Shown piece by piece: positions 1 through 11,858 of a stretch of 64,000 nt of DNA (position 1 is its first letter; each line of letters opens with the position of its first letter). The notes under the pieces are model-generated. The model had not been told where the DNA came from and searched no databases. It saw nothing but the letters and a program-made list of their open reading frames with translations. The translations under genes and the position numbers were made by a program. The stretch is from the NCBI RefSeq assembly GCF_036365525.1, contig NC_090404.1, forward strand, positions 4,526,001-4,590,000, written 5' to 3'. The stretch comes from Heterodontus francisci. Taxonomy: Eukaryota.

Positions 1-127
1 TGCTGCACTCGGAACTGATTGAGCGGGAATAGTGTCTGTTGAATCTCCAGAATTCAGTGGCTATTCTCCACCTGCTTACTGTTCAGTTGACTGGGAAATT
101 TAGAGTGGAAGGAGAATGAAGGTACCA

Positions 128-500
128 GAATAATAGAATCTGAGAGCACAGAGTGAGGCCATTCGGCCTATACTCCCGATGCCTCTTTGGAAGAGTTCAC
201 TAATTCATACCTCACCCCCTACATTTTTCACATTGTCCTGTTTTGTTGTGCATTTTCAAGTATCGATAGAATTCCCTTTCGAAAATTACTGTTCAATCTG
301 CTTCCACCACCCTTTCAAGCAGTACATTCCAAATCTTAACAAATCACCGTGTATTAAATATAACTCAATTTTCCCTGTCATTTTTCAACAACTCTTTTAA
401 ATTGGAGTCCTTGGGATACACAATTTTATGCCAGTAGAAACAGTTACGTGCAATCTACTCTATACTGATATATGGAGAACAATCCCAGCTTTCTCTCGTC
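128..500 (-). mobile_element. Decayed 3' fragment of a CR1-type LINE
   Basis: GGCCATTCGGCC-type 3' end shared with other CR1 copies in the window. Confidence 0.6.
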
Positions 501-534
501 CCTCTGCATAAAAGTTCATCATTTTACTTATTCT

Positions 535-1640
535 TTAATCGGAGGTGGGCATCTCTGGTGAGGTCAGTATTTAATACCTGTCTCTACTTGCCTTTGATAA
601 GGTGGTGGTGAGCTGCCTTCTTGAACTACCGCAGTCCTGGGGGTGTAGGTTCACCCACAGTGCTATTAGGAAGGGAGCTCCAGGATTTTGACCCAGCAAC
701 AGTGAAGGAACGGCGCTTCAGTTTCAAGTCAGGATGGTGTGTGGTTTGGAGGGGAACTTGCAGCTGCTGGCGTTCCTAAGTTTCTACCGTTCTTGTCCTT
801 CTAGGTGTTAGAGATCACGGGAATGGAAGGTACTGTCCAAGGCAACTTGGTGCGTTGCTGCAGTGCATCTTGGAGATGGTACACACTGCTGCTACTGTGT
901 GTGGGTGGTGGAGTGAGTGAATGCTGAAGGTTGTGGATGTGATGCCGATCAAGCGGGCTGCATTCTCCTGGATGGTGTCGAGCTTCCTGACTGTTGTTGG
1001 AGCTGCACGCCTACAGGCAAATAGAGGGTATTCCATCACACTCCTGACTTATGCATGTAGGTGGAGGACAGGCTTTGTGGAGACAGTAAGTTAGTCACTC
1101 GCTGCAGAATTCCTAGCCTCTGACCTGCTCTCGTAGCCATAGTACTTTTATGGCTGGTCCAATTCAGTTTCTGGTCAATGATAACCTGCAGAATTAGGTA
1201 CGTGGGGGATTCAGCAATGGCAATGGTATTGTACATCAAGGGAAGATGGTTCGATTCTCTTTTGTTTGAGATGGTCATTGCCTGGCTCCTGCCTTGTGTG
1301 AAGTTTACCTGCCACTTATCAGCCCAAGCCTGGATGTTGTCCAGTTCTTGCTGCATCTGGATACGGACTGCCACGAATGGTGCTGAACATTGTGCAATCC
1401 TCAGCGAGTATACCAATTCTGACCTTATTATTGAAGGAAGGTCATTGACGAAGCAGCTGAGGATGGTCTTTCCTCGGACACTACCCTGAGGAACCCATGC
1501 AGTGATGTCCTGGGACTGCGATGATTGACCTCCAACAACCACAACCATCTTCATTTGTCCAGGTATGACTCCAACCAGCGGAAATGTTCCCCCTTGATTC
1601 TCATGGACACCCGTTTTGCTCAGGCTCCTTGATGCTATAC
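535..1640 (-). mobile_element. 5'-truncated CR1/L2-type LINE (family B), RT C-terminal part and 3' end
   Basis: ORFs 815-1039 and 1036-1734 carry VPQGSV and LDNIQAWADKWQV; homologous to 62253-63630. Confidence 0.85.
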
Positions 1641-1865
1641 TCCTGCTACCATTTTGGTTTACTTCCTCTGCACTCGCTTCAATGTCTTGAGATTCTTTTT
1701 CAATCGTGGGGACAGATGTTAAGCTAACAGGCATATAATTTCCTGCTGTCTGTCACACCACATTTTGCGAGTTTTCAATCCTCTCGGAGGTTTCCAGAAT
1801 CTAGGGTATTTTGGGAGATTGCAACCAATATATCCACTATCTCTACAGTGACTTCTTTTAAAGGG

Positions 1866-2015
1866 AGCTGGAATGGAGCAAGGTGAGGGGATCCCTCGGC
1901 TGGTGTTCAGTGAGTTCAGGAAGATGGTATCAGAGGGAATGGAGCAGGGAGAGAAGATTCCTGGGGTGATCTTCAGTGAGTTCAAGGAGATGGTGTAAGA
2001 GGGAATAGAGCAGAA
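1866..2015 (+). repeat. Short tandem repeat (~65-70-bp unit, two full copies plus the start of a third), followed by a G tract at 2035-2070
   Basis: GGAATRGAGCA recurs three times and TTCAGTGAGTTCA twice. Confidence 0.7.
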
Positions 2016-2329
2016 CAAAGAGGAAGTTCATCTGAGGCGGGGGGGGGGGGGGGGGCGGGGGGTGGGGTGGTTGCGGATTGCAAATAACGAGGTATAGTAG
2101 AAATGATGGAGGCAGTGATTCAACATGTGCATAACAGAAAAGTGGACACTGTGTGTGTATCTGACAGAACAGGTGGACAGTGTGGTTTGTGTATATAACA
2201 GTAAATTTGAAGTTAGAGTCTATGTGTCAGATAGGCCTCAGAATCCGGGGCTCATTCCGACCGTTTGTCCTCCCTCTTGTGTCTACCAGATCCCAGGCTC
2301 TGGGAGTCATCCGAGCAAATAACTTGATT

Positions 2330-5300
2330 AAAATTCATTGAAACCCTAATTAACTAATTAATTAATAAATAGAGGAGCAACTACACCGAAGGGAGGAGAT
2401 TACAGCATTTAATATTTATAGTAGAAATCTAGCGCTAGGGACCATATAGTTAATTGTAACTTTATTTAGTAAGGATTTAATAAGTATTTCTTTTAAATTA
2501 ATTTATTAATTAGTGCTAGGAATGTCTGTTAGAGGTGTAAAGTGCTTCACCTGTGAGATGTGGGAGGTCCGTGACACTTCCAGCATTGCGGACAACGTCA
2601 TCTGCAAGAAGTGTACCCAATTGCAGCTCGTCACAGACCGCATGGATCGGTTGGAGCAGCAATTGGATGCGCTGAGGAGCATGCAAGTGGTGGATAGCAT
2701 CATAGACAGGAGTTTTAGAGACGTGGGTACACCCAAGGTGCAGGCAGATGGATGGGTGACCGCTAGAAGGGGCAGGCAGTTAGTGCAGGAATCCCCTGTG
2801 GCTGTCCACCTCTCTAACAAGTATACCGTTTTGGATACTGTTGGGAGGGATGGCCTATCAGGGGAAAACAACAGCAGCAGCCACAGCAGTGGCACCACGG
2901 CTGGTACTGTTGTTCAACAGGGAGAGACAAAGCGCAGAAGAGCATTAATTCTTGGGTACTCTATAGTCAGGGGCACAGATAGGCACTTCTGAGGACGTGA
3001 AAGAGACTCTCGGATCGTATACTGCCTTCCTGGTGCCAGGGTCAAGGATGTCTCTGAACGGGCAGGGGGCATTCTGAAGGGGAGGGTGAACAGCCAGAGT
3101 TTGTGGTACACATTGGTACCAACGACATAGGCAGGAAGAGTGACGGGGTTCTGCAGGAGGAATTCCGGGAGTTAGGTAGTAAGTTAAAAAACAGGACCTC
3201 TCGGGTTGTAATCTCGCGATTACTCCCTGTGCCACGTGCCAATGAGGCTGGAAATAAGAAGATAGTGCAGCTGAACACGTGGCTAAACAGCTGGTGGAGG
3301 AGGGAGGGTTTCAGATATCTGGATCATTGGGATCTCTTCCGGGGCAGGTGGGACCTGTACAAGAAGGATGGGTTGCATCTAAACTGGAGGGGCACAAATG
3401 TCCTGGCCCCGACTTTTGTTAGCGTCACTCGGGAGGGTTTAAACTCGTGTGGCAGGGGGGTGGGAACAAGAGAAGTTGGTCAGCAGGTGAAACAACTGAG
3501 GGGGAACTAGTAAATAAGGCCAGTAAGACTGAGAGGAAGAGCAGGCAGGGAGATGTTGCTGAGCACTGCGGGACTGGTGGTCTGAAGTGCATTTGTTTCA
3601 ATGCGAGAAGTATAACAGGTAAGGCAGATGAAATTAGAGCTTGGATTAGTACTTGATGTTGTTGCTATTACAGAGATTTGGTTGAGGGAAGGGCAGGATT
3701 GGCAGCTAAATGTTCCAGGATTTAGAAGCTTCAGGCGGGATAGAGGGGGGTGTAAAAGGGGTGGGGGAGTTGCATTACTGGTTAAGGAGAATATCACAGC
3801 TGTACTGCGGGAGGACACCTAAGAAATACCTCGGCAGCGAGGCAATATGTAGAGCTCAGGAATAGGACGGGTGCAGTCACAATGTTGGGAGTTTACTACG
3901 GGCCTCCCAACAGCCAGCGGGAGAGAGAGAAACATATATGTAGATAGATTTTGGAAAGATGTAAAAGCAACAGGTTTGTTGTGGTCGGTAATTTAAACTT
4001 CCCCTGTATTGACTGGGACTCAATTAGTGCTAGGGGCTTGGATGGGGCAGAATTTGGAAGGAGCATCCAGGGGGGCTTCTTGAAACAATGTGTAGATTGT
4101 CCAACTGGGGAAGGGGCCGTACTGTACCTGGTATTGGGGAATGAGCCCAGCCAGGTGGTCGATGTTTCTGTAAGGGAGCATTTCCGGAACGGTAGCCATA
4201 ATTCCGTAAGTTTTAAGGTACTTGTGGATGAGGATAAGAGTAGTCCTCCGGTGAAGGTGCTAAATTGGAGGAAGGCTAATTATAACAATATTAGGCAGGA
4301 ACTGAAGAATTTAGATTGGGGGCGGCTGTTTGAGGGTCAAACAACATCTGACATGTGGGAGTCTTTCAAACGTCAGTTGATTAGAATCCAGGACCGGCAT
4401 GTTCCTGTGAGGATGAAAGATAAGATAGGCAAGTTTCGGGTACCTTGGATAACGAGGGATATTGTGAGCCTATTGAAAAAGTAAAAGGAAGCATTCGTAA
4501 GGGCGAGAAGGCTGGGAACATACGAAGCCCTTGAGGAATATAACGAAAGTAGAAAGCAACTTAAGCAAGGAGTCAGGAGGGTTAAAAGCGGTCATGAAAA
4601 GTCTTTGACAAACAGGATTAAGGAGAATCCCAAGGCTTTATATACGTATATAAAGAACAAGAGGGTAGCCAGGGTAAGGGTTGGTCCACTCAAGGACAGA
4701 GGAGGAAACCTATGCGTGGAGTCTCAGGAAGTGTGCGAGGTACTAAATGAGTACTTTGTATCAGTATTCACCCAAGAGAAGGACTTGGTGGATGATGAGT
4801 CCGGGGAAGGGAGTGTAGATAGTCTGGGTCATGTCGATATCAAAAAGGAGGTGTCTTGAAAAACATTAAGATAGAGATGTCCCCAGGGCCTGATGGGATC
4901 TACCCCAGAATACTGAGGGAGGCAAGGGAGGAAATTTCTGGAGCCTTGACAGAAATCTTTGTATTCTTATTGGCTACAGGTGAGATCCCAGAGGACAGGA
5001 AAATAGCCAATGTTGTTCTTTTGTTTAAGAAGGGTGGGAAGGATAATCCAGGAAATTAGAGGCCGGTGAGACTTGCATCAACGGTAGGGAAATTATAAGA
5101 GAGGATTCTTCGGGACAGAATTTATTCCCATTTGGAAACAAATGGACTTATTAGCGAGAGGCAGCATGGCTTTGTGAAAGAGAGGTCGTGTCTCACTAAC
5201 TTGATCGTGTTGTTTGAGGAAGTGACGAAGATGATTGATGAAGGAAGGGCAGTGGAAGTTGTCTACATGGACTTCAGTAAAGCCTTTGACAAGGTCCTTC

Positions 5301-6370
5301 ATGGAAGATTGCTACAAAAGGTGAAGTTACACGGGATCAGAGGTGAGCTGGCAAGATGGATGCAGAACTGGCTCGGTCATAGAAGACAGAGTGAAGCAGT
5401 GGAAGGGTGCTTTTCTGAATGGAGGACTGTGACTAATGGTGTTTTACAGGGATCAGTGCTGGGACCTTTGCTGTTTGCAGTATATGTAAATGATTTGGAG
5501 GGAAATGTAGCAGGTCTGATTAGTAAGTTTGCGGACGACGCAAAGGTTGGTGGAGTTGAGGATAGTGATGAGGATTGTCAGAGGATACAGCAGGATATTG
5601 ATTGGTTGGAGACATAGGCAGAGAAATGGCAGTTGGAGTTTAATCCGGACAAATGTGAGGTAATGCATTTTGGAAGGTCTAATACAAGTGGGAAGTATAC
5701 AGTAATGGCAGAACCCTTAGGAGTATTGACAGGCAGAGCGATCTGGGCGTACAGGTCCAAAGATCACTGAAAGTGGCAACGCAGGTGGATAAGGTAGTCA
5801 AGAAGGCATATGGCATGCTTGCCTTCATCGGTTGGGGCATAGAGTATAAAAATTGGCAAGTTATGCTGCAGCTGTACAGACCCTCAGTTAGGCCACACTT
5901 GGAATATTGCATACAATTCTGGTCGCCATACCACCAGAAGCATGTGGAGGCTTTGGAGAGGCTACAGAAGCGGTTTGCCAGGATGTTGCCTGGTCAGGAG
6001 GGTATTAGCTACCAGGAGAGGTTGGATAAACTCGAATTGTTTTCAACGGAACGACGGAGGTGGAGGGGTGACATGATAGAGGTTTACAAAGTTATGAATT
6101 GCATGGACAGAGTGCTTAGTCGGAAGGTTTTTCCCAGGGTGGAAGAGTCAGTTACTAGACGACATAGGTTTAAGGTGCGAGGGGCAAAGTTTAAAGGGGA
6201 TGTGCGAGGCAAGTTCTTTACACAGAGGGTGGTGAGTGCCTGGAACCTGCTGCCGGGGGAGGTGGTGGAAGCAGGTACGATAGTGACGTTTAAGAGGCAT
6301 CTTGACAAATGCACGAATAGGATGGGAATAGAGGGATACGGTCCCCGGATGTGCAGAAGGTTTTAGTTTA
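2330..6370 (+). mobile_element. Near full-length decayed CR1-type LINE: ORF1 (Cys finger, coiled coil, SGNH esterase) and ORF2 (AP endonuclease, RT), broken by stops and frameshifts
   Basis: CFTC..CKKC, ILGYSIVRG, VHIGTND, KDGLHLN; FNARSI, SPGPDGIYPR, YMDFSKAFDKV, QGSVLGP, FADD, RPHLEYC. Confidence 0.93.
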
Positions 6371-6650
6371 GACAGGCATTGTTCATTGTTCTTTGAATTG
6401 TGCCTCCTTCTTTGTCTAATATGCTTCAGGATTAGGAAGTCATTCCCAGGGGTTGTCCTCTCTGATGTATTAGATAGTCCCTTGGATGTGGGCTCATTCA
6501 TCGTGTTTTTGCTCCCTGTTGTGGGAGATGGACCCCAGGCTCTTGGAATAATTCCCAGCATTTATTCTTAATGGTCTATCGTTCCAGATATTCATTAGTC
6601 TTGAGGAATCATTCCCAGCGTTTATTGTCTCTCATGTCTGTGTTATATTT

Positions 6651-6825
6651 CTAACCTGGTCTGTGCCTGCCCTGGGAGCGTTTGCTTTTGCAGTGCAGAG
6701 GGAGCTTTACTGTGTATCTAACCCGTGCTGTGCCTGCACTGAGAGTGTGTGTTGTGGCAGGGTGAAGGGAGCTGGACTCTGCATTATCCCGTGCACGACC
6801 TATTCTGGGAGTGTTTGATGGACAG
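6651..6825 (+). repeat. ~66-bp elasmobranch tandem repeat, about 3 degenerate units
   Basis: Unit like TGTATCTAACCCGTGCTGTGCCTGCCCTGGGAGTGTTTGATGG...AGAGGGAGCTTTACT; same family inverted at 17575-17972. Confidence 0.7.
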
Positions 6826-7613
6826 AATTCTTTCATATACTATACTGTATCAGCCTATGATGGAGCAGGACGCTGCTCTTTAATGCAACGTGGCACCTGA
6901 CTGTGACAGACTATAAGATGGGAGGTGCTCCTCTTCGCTCTGCGGCCATTCTGTCCCTGGGCATTGGCATTTTGAGGCAGAAGGAAAGGTGTCTTTATTC
7001 TGATGGGCCACTGGATGGCGCAGCAGCACCATCACCGAAAGACTTTTGGTTCAAACACAAACCAGACAGGACTGGTGGAAAATAGCTGTCAGGAAAAGGA
7101 AAAATGTGTAATCGGTAAAATGGAGTGTGTGAATGGGCCTTGGAGCAAGGAATTCAGCAAAGTCAAGTTAGTCCATTTGTTACTCAAGATTTATTAACAA
7201 TTTCAAAAAAAACATTTTACAGAAACATTCTTAAAGGGTCCAAAGTGAATTTAACACCTGTGAGTCACATTGAGGACAAAACACATGCGATCTGAGCTGT
7301 AGACTACTTCTAAAATTGTTACAGATCAGAGAGAAAACAGGGGCTCAACATAAAGAGAAGGAAACAGTTGCGAATAAGGAATAGTTATTTATTTACAGAT
7401 GAAATTCAAACTATTGTGAAACTCGAAGGCGCATAGACATTATAGGTAAGATTATCTGACACAATTCAAAGAGTAAAACGGAAACAATGTTTATGATCTT
7501 CTCAGCTACAGATTCTGAACCATAAACGGACGGCAATTTACTTTTACAGTTTGTTTGAGAATACAGAAATGTTAAAAAATAAGGAAAATCCATGGCGGCC
7601 GAAATTCGATCGA

Positions 7614-7622
7614 TTACTTAAC
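7614..7622 (-). CDS. IGHM: IgM TM2 exon, coding part (GTT AAG TAA = VK*)
   Basis: Acceptor CCCTCTTTTACAG; completes the KVK cytoplasmic tail; candidate AATAAA signals at 7393-7388 and 7195-7190. Confidence 0.9.
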   Translation of the reverse strand, partial: VK

Positions 7623-7754
7623 CTGTAAAAGAGGGATAAATGAATGAAGCAGAGATTTCGTGGTCTTGGACATTCATCTCAGAACTATGAAATTTTAGAG
7701 ATTTGTTAAACCGCTTCATTTAATTTGAAATGTGAGTGGATTGAATATTCTCAC

Positions 7755-7882
7755 CTTCACCAGAGTGACGGCAGCGCTGTAGAAAATGCTCAGGAAGAAC
7801 AGGATGATGAATGTGGAAGCGGTTGTCCAGATGTTGCCGCTCTCTTCCTCATTGTCTTCAATCCAGATGTGGCCTGTGTAAT
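7755..7882 (-). CDS. IGHM: IgM TM1 exon ([43 protein letters not shown])
   Basis: Read manually (absent from the ORF track): acceptor CCTGAAG, acidic spacer, antigen-receptor TM motif WTTASTF..LF.LS..YS...T, donor AAG|GTGAGA; phase 1 matches the CH4 internal donor. Confidence 0.96.
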
Positions 7883-8429
7883 CTTCAGGTTTTTAGAGGA
7901 GAAATATATTTAGATCGTTCATTAATCCAGGATATAAGATTGTCAATTTGCACTCGCAGAGTTCTTCCTTAAGCCATTATTTTGCTCTCTACTTTAATTT
8001 TCAATTTGTATCGATTGTGAAGTTAATCACTCTCAGCAATCTACCTCTGTTACTAACCCCACAGCCATTCTTCCCATATGATCCTCGTCCAGGCCCTGTT
8101 GGAAAATATGATATTTCTTTCTTCAGGGTCAGGCGCTATTCTAGTCTGGATCAATCTTGTTCTATCATTCGGGATATCGATGGAATTTTACTGATCAATA
8201 TCGATAGTTTTGAGATTTTCATTGGTGCTGGGTAAGAGATTGGATGCGAGTTCTAATCTTGTTTATTTGTGATGGAAGTTGTTGGTCTATCATTAACTGA
8301 CCTCAGTTTCTAAGTGAAAACTTTGCTTCACTGTGTTTGTAGGTCCAACATGTATGAGGGAATATGTTGGAGAAGGTGCCCATTCAAACAGTGCATTTGA
8401 ATGCTACTTTCACATATCGCCTGGTGCTT

Positions 8430-9370
8430 TTGTTTGTACGCTTTAATACATGTGTATGTGTGCATAAGTATCTGTTACTTTTCATCACTCAGTGCGTGTC
8501 CATGGCAAGTGTGTGTGAGATATAATGTATGTTTTAATGCGTTTCTTTGTGCACCCGCCTGTGAATGTCTCAATGTGCGTATTTATATCTTGATGCCCGT
8601 GTGTTGTGCCCCTGTATGTTAGTATGTGCTTATGTGCCAATGTGTATCAATGTGTGTTTTCAAGTGGCCGCGTGTGTGTGTATGTGCATGTGCGTGTGTA
8701 TAAAATATATCATCCTTAATGTTTTGTCTTCATTCATCCATGTGTGTGCATGAGCATGATAATGTTTGTTTTTGTGTGTGGTTTGGTCCCCATGCGTGCT
8801 TCATGTTGTGAGCATTTGTGTTGACAGATGTCTTTATGTTTTCCTGTGTGTCAATGTGTGTTTATGTTTCCATGTGTGCGTATGCGTTTGTTAATGTTTG
8901 TTTTTGTGTGCTTCTGTCCCCATAAGTGTGATAATGCGTCTGCTTTTGTGTTGATGTCTACGTTTATGCATTAATATGTGTGATTATGTGTACATGTGTG
9001 CTAATGCGTGTGTTATGTGCATGTTTTTGCATCCATGTATGTGTCATAATGTTAATGTTGGTGTCTATTTGTGTGTGAGTGATCGTGTTAATGTGTCTGT
9101 TTAAATGTTTGAGTGCAGATGTGTTTGTCTGTTAATGTGCGAGTATGTTTCCATCTAGCTGTGTTTATGTCTATGATAATGAAAGCTTTTCCGTCTATGT
9201 TTCTGTGTTTGTGAGACTGTACTAATGTGTACATTTATGTTTATTTTTGCGTGGGTGACTGTGAAGTGTTTATATCTGCGTTTGAGTCTGTTTGTGTGTG
9301 TAGGTGTAAGTGTGTGGTTGTGCATTTGAGTGTGTTTATGTGTGTGTTTTTGTCTGTGTGCCTGCGCATC
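8430..9370. repeat. ~0.95-kb degenerate TG-rich tract (CA-rich in the IgM pre-mRNA)
   Basis: Continuous interrupted TGTG/TATG sequence. Confidence 0.85.
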
Positions 9371-9528
9371 TTTATTCTTGTTCAAAGTTTTACAGAGAAT
9401 AAATAACCGGGTCTGACCCTGACGGTGTGCATTATGGAGAATATTCTTCACTGTTCTGTGTATAAATGTATTCTGTGCGAGATGTCATCTGACATCATCT
9501 GAATGACTGCAACAATGCAACTGATGGA

Positions 9529-9740
9529 TAAAAACAGAAGTTCTGGAAATACTCAGCAGGTCAGACAGCAGCTGTGGACAGAGAAGCAGAATTAACGTTT
9601 CAGGTCGGTGCCCTTTTCACACACCTGAAATGTTAACTCTGCTTCTCTCTCCACAGATGCTGCCTGACCTGCTGAGTATTTAAGCATCTTCTGTTTTTAT
9701 TTCAGATTTCCCCTATCTGCAATATTTTGCTTTTATTTCC
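9529..9740. mobile_element. Inverted pair of Penelope-like terminal fragments (hairpin)
   Basis: Arms 9529-9605 and 9623-9699 are near reverse complements; the same ACTCAGCAGG...GCAGCATCTGTGGAGAGAGAA motif occurs at ~25185, 26985, 28430-28755, 58500 and 63730. Penelope assignment from recognition only. Confidence 0.65.
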
Positions 9741-9955
9741 ATGAAACTGATGGGCCACAGAAACATCAGGAACAGGAGATGATTAAATCTTCAGCTAGAT
9801 TTAGATGATTATGTTATTGGAATTTAACAGGGAAACCGTGAACGATATTCCGTTACATAAATATATATTTTACAATGTGATTCCCATGTGGAAAGTTTAA
9901 AATCTTCGCACACTGCGCTCGAAGCCGACTTTGTACTGATGGCATTTGAGTCCAT

Positions 9956-10245
9956 TTAATAGAGAGCAGGGGGAGTGGGAGTATAAGGTTTACAAATGTC
10001 CTTGCCCCTTTTTCTGTTGGAGGAAATGTGGCGAGGAGCTACAGTCAGTTCACAATTCTCTTTCCCGTCTGTCTGTTGCAGAAGTACCGTTGCAGTGGAT
10101 TCACAAGTACCCTTTCCTCTTCTCTGTTTGGGAAGTGGGGTACAGTGTTTTAGTAAATTCCTCTTCCCCCTCTTTCTGATGGGGGATTTTGGGAAGATTT
10201 CGAATTCGTGTGTGGCCATCACTTCAGTTCCCAGTGCGCATGATG
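9956..10245 (-). CDS. Candidate alternative terminal IgM exon (96-aa basic, Cys-containing tail); hypothetical
   Basis: Acceptor TTTTTAGTTGCAG in phase with the CH4 donor, open frame to TAA, overlapping ATTAAA; no expression evidence. Confidence 0.35.
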
Positions 10246-10653
10246 CTGCAACTAAAAACTGACCCTATTCTGAAGGGATGGCCAACACGAGAAGCAGGTA
10301 CACCGAGATCTAAATGCACTGCGTATTTTTGTTGGTAAGGAGAAATGTCCAGATTCCCCATCTCCTCCTCCCCGGCCCCCCACCCCTGTCCCCCTCTAAT
10401 GCTCCCCACCGCCTCCCCCTCATCCAACAGGAGGAAAGTTGCTGAAATACTTCCACAGAATCCAATAATGAATCAGGTTTACTCTGTGAATTATTATGTG
10501 CTGGAAACACTGGTTGTACAAGACTTGGGCCCGAGACCTGCAAATATCATGCTTTGATGAAAAGACATACACTTAGCAAATGTGGGAAGCACAATTAATT
10601 GAGCTGTTGTGTATTTAAATCGCGATTGGAAGAAAAGGTCTTGATTGTGTTTT

Positions 10654-10659
10654 TTTATT
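10654..10659 (-). terminator. Secretory-form polyadenylation signal AATAAA
   Basis: AATAAA about 30 nt after the secretory stop. Confidence 0.8.
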
Positions 10660-10687
10660 TAAGAATTGAAATGCAATCGAGAAATTC

Positions 10688-11082
10688 TCATTGACATGAA
10701 TTAACGGTGTCCAACAGTGCAAGGGAAATGTTCACAAAACTCGGTTTACCGCTGGATTTATTAACTGTTCTGTTGATGATCTTCAAGGGGATCGCTTCAT
10801 GTCCCACCACACAGGAGTAAGAAGCGCCGCTGGCCCACTCCTCTGCTGCAATGGATAACAGGCTGTAGATGAAGAAGGAGCTCTTGTCGTTCTCCGCCAT
10901 CACCTCGGTGTTCTTGTAGTTGCCGGGATTCACCGACTTGTCATTGACGGTCCACTTGACGAAGATCTCTCGGGGGGAGAAACCTCGCACTAAGCAGGTG
11001 AGGGAGAGGAACCTCTCTGCGGAGACTTCTTCTGCTGGGGGCAGGAGAACAGACACAGACGGTTCCCGCAGATCTTTCCATG
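10688..11082 (-). CDS. IGHM: IgM CH4 exon plus contiguous secretory tailpiece (...NKSS|[20 protein letters not shown])
   Basis: Acceptor TTTTTCAG; internal donor G|GTAAAC after 10750 for the membrane form; tailpiece has an NIS sequon and penultimate Cys; TGA at 10690-10688. Confidence 0.97.
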
Positions 11083-11552
11083 CTGAAAAATTTAAATAAA
11101 TGTCAATAAACTAGACAATTTCAGAGACAATGACACCAGTGGTTAAATGTGAGAGAAATTGTGAAGGTTTTCCTTTTCGTCTCTGGGGCCTGTGCTGTTT
11201 TCCAGCCGGTGCAGAGGCGCTGCAATCCTGCTCGCCGAGAACATAAAGGATTAGACTGGAAAATTACATAGAACTTGCAGCACAGGAGCAGGCCATTAGG
11301 ACGAGCTAGCCTATGCTGGTGTTTATGCTGCACACGGACCTCCTCCCACCTTACTTCAGCTCTTTCTATTCCTTTCTCCATAATCTACGTATCTAGCATC
11401 ACCTGAAATGCATCACCTCTGGTCCCAGGGAGGTTCATTATTGAATTACAATTAAATTATCAGCGTAATCCATTCAACCACTTAATTGGGCCTTGCACAA
11501 ACACCGGCAAGAAGCACAACATCTGATTTATTGCTTCAATCACATTGCTCAC

Positions 11553-11858
11553 CTTCCTTGTGGATGGCATCTCTGAGAGGAGTCGGCAGATCCTGATGGC
11601 TCACCACACAGTAGAACACAGCCTCACTCAGCCAGGCTTGTGTCGAGATGTCTACAGTGCTGATCACGCTGTCGGGATCCTCTCCGGGTTGGACGGCAAT
11701 CTCTGATTTCAAAGGCTTCTGTTCTTGTGTCCAGGACACGTTGACACCATAAGGAGCATTAGACACGACGCAGGTTAAGGTGACCGTCGCCTCCAGTAAG
11801 ACCTGTTCTATTGATGGTGGCAGTAGTTTAATTACTGGATGATTGCACTCGGAAGAAT
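11553..11858 (-). CDS. IGHM: IgM CH3 exon ([16 protein letters not shown]...[21 protein letters not shown])
   Basis: Acceptor TTCTACAG, donor G|GTGAGC, 306 nt. Confidence 0.96.

Noticed and set aside
8058-8095. Possible mini-exon (TTTTCCAACAG|GG...GGG|GTTAGT; GPGRGSYGKNGCG) upstream of TM1
   Set aside because: At 38 nt it would frameshift TM1; the in-frame alternative donor is weak and there is no other support.
8401-9451. Cys/Val-rich and His/Thr-rich ORFs (also 49738-49959)
   Set aside because: Translations of TG/CA low-complexity DNA.
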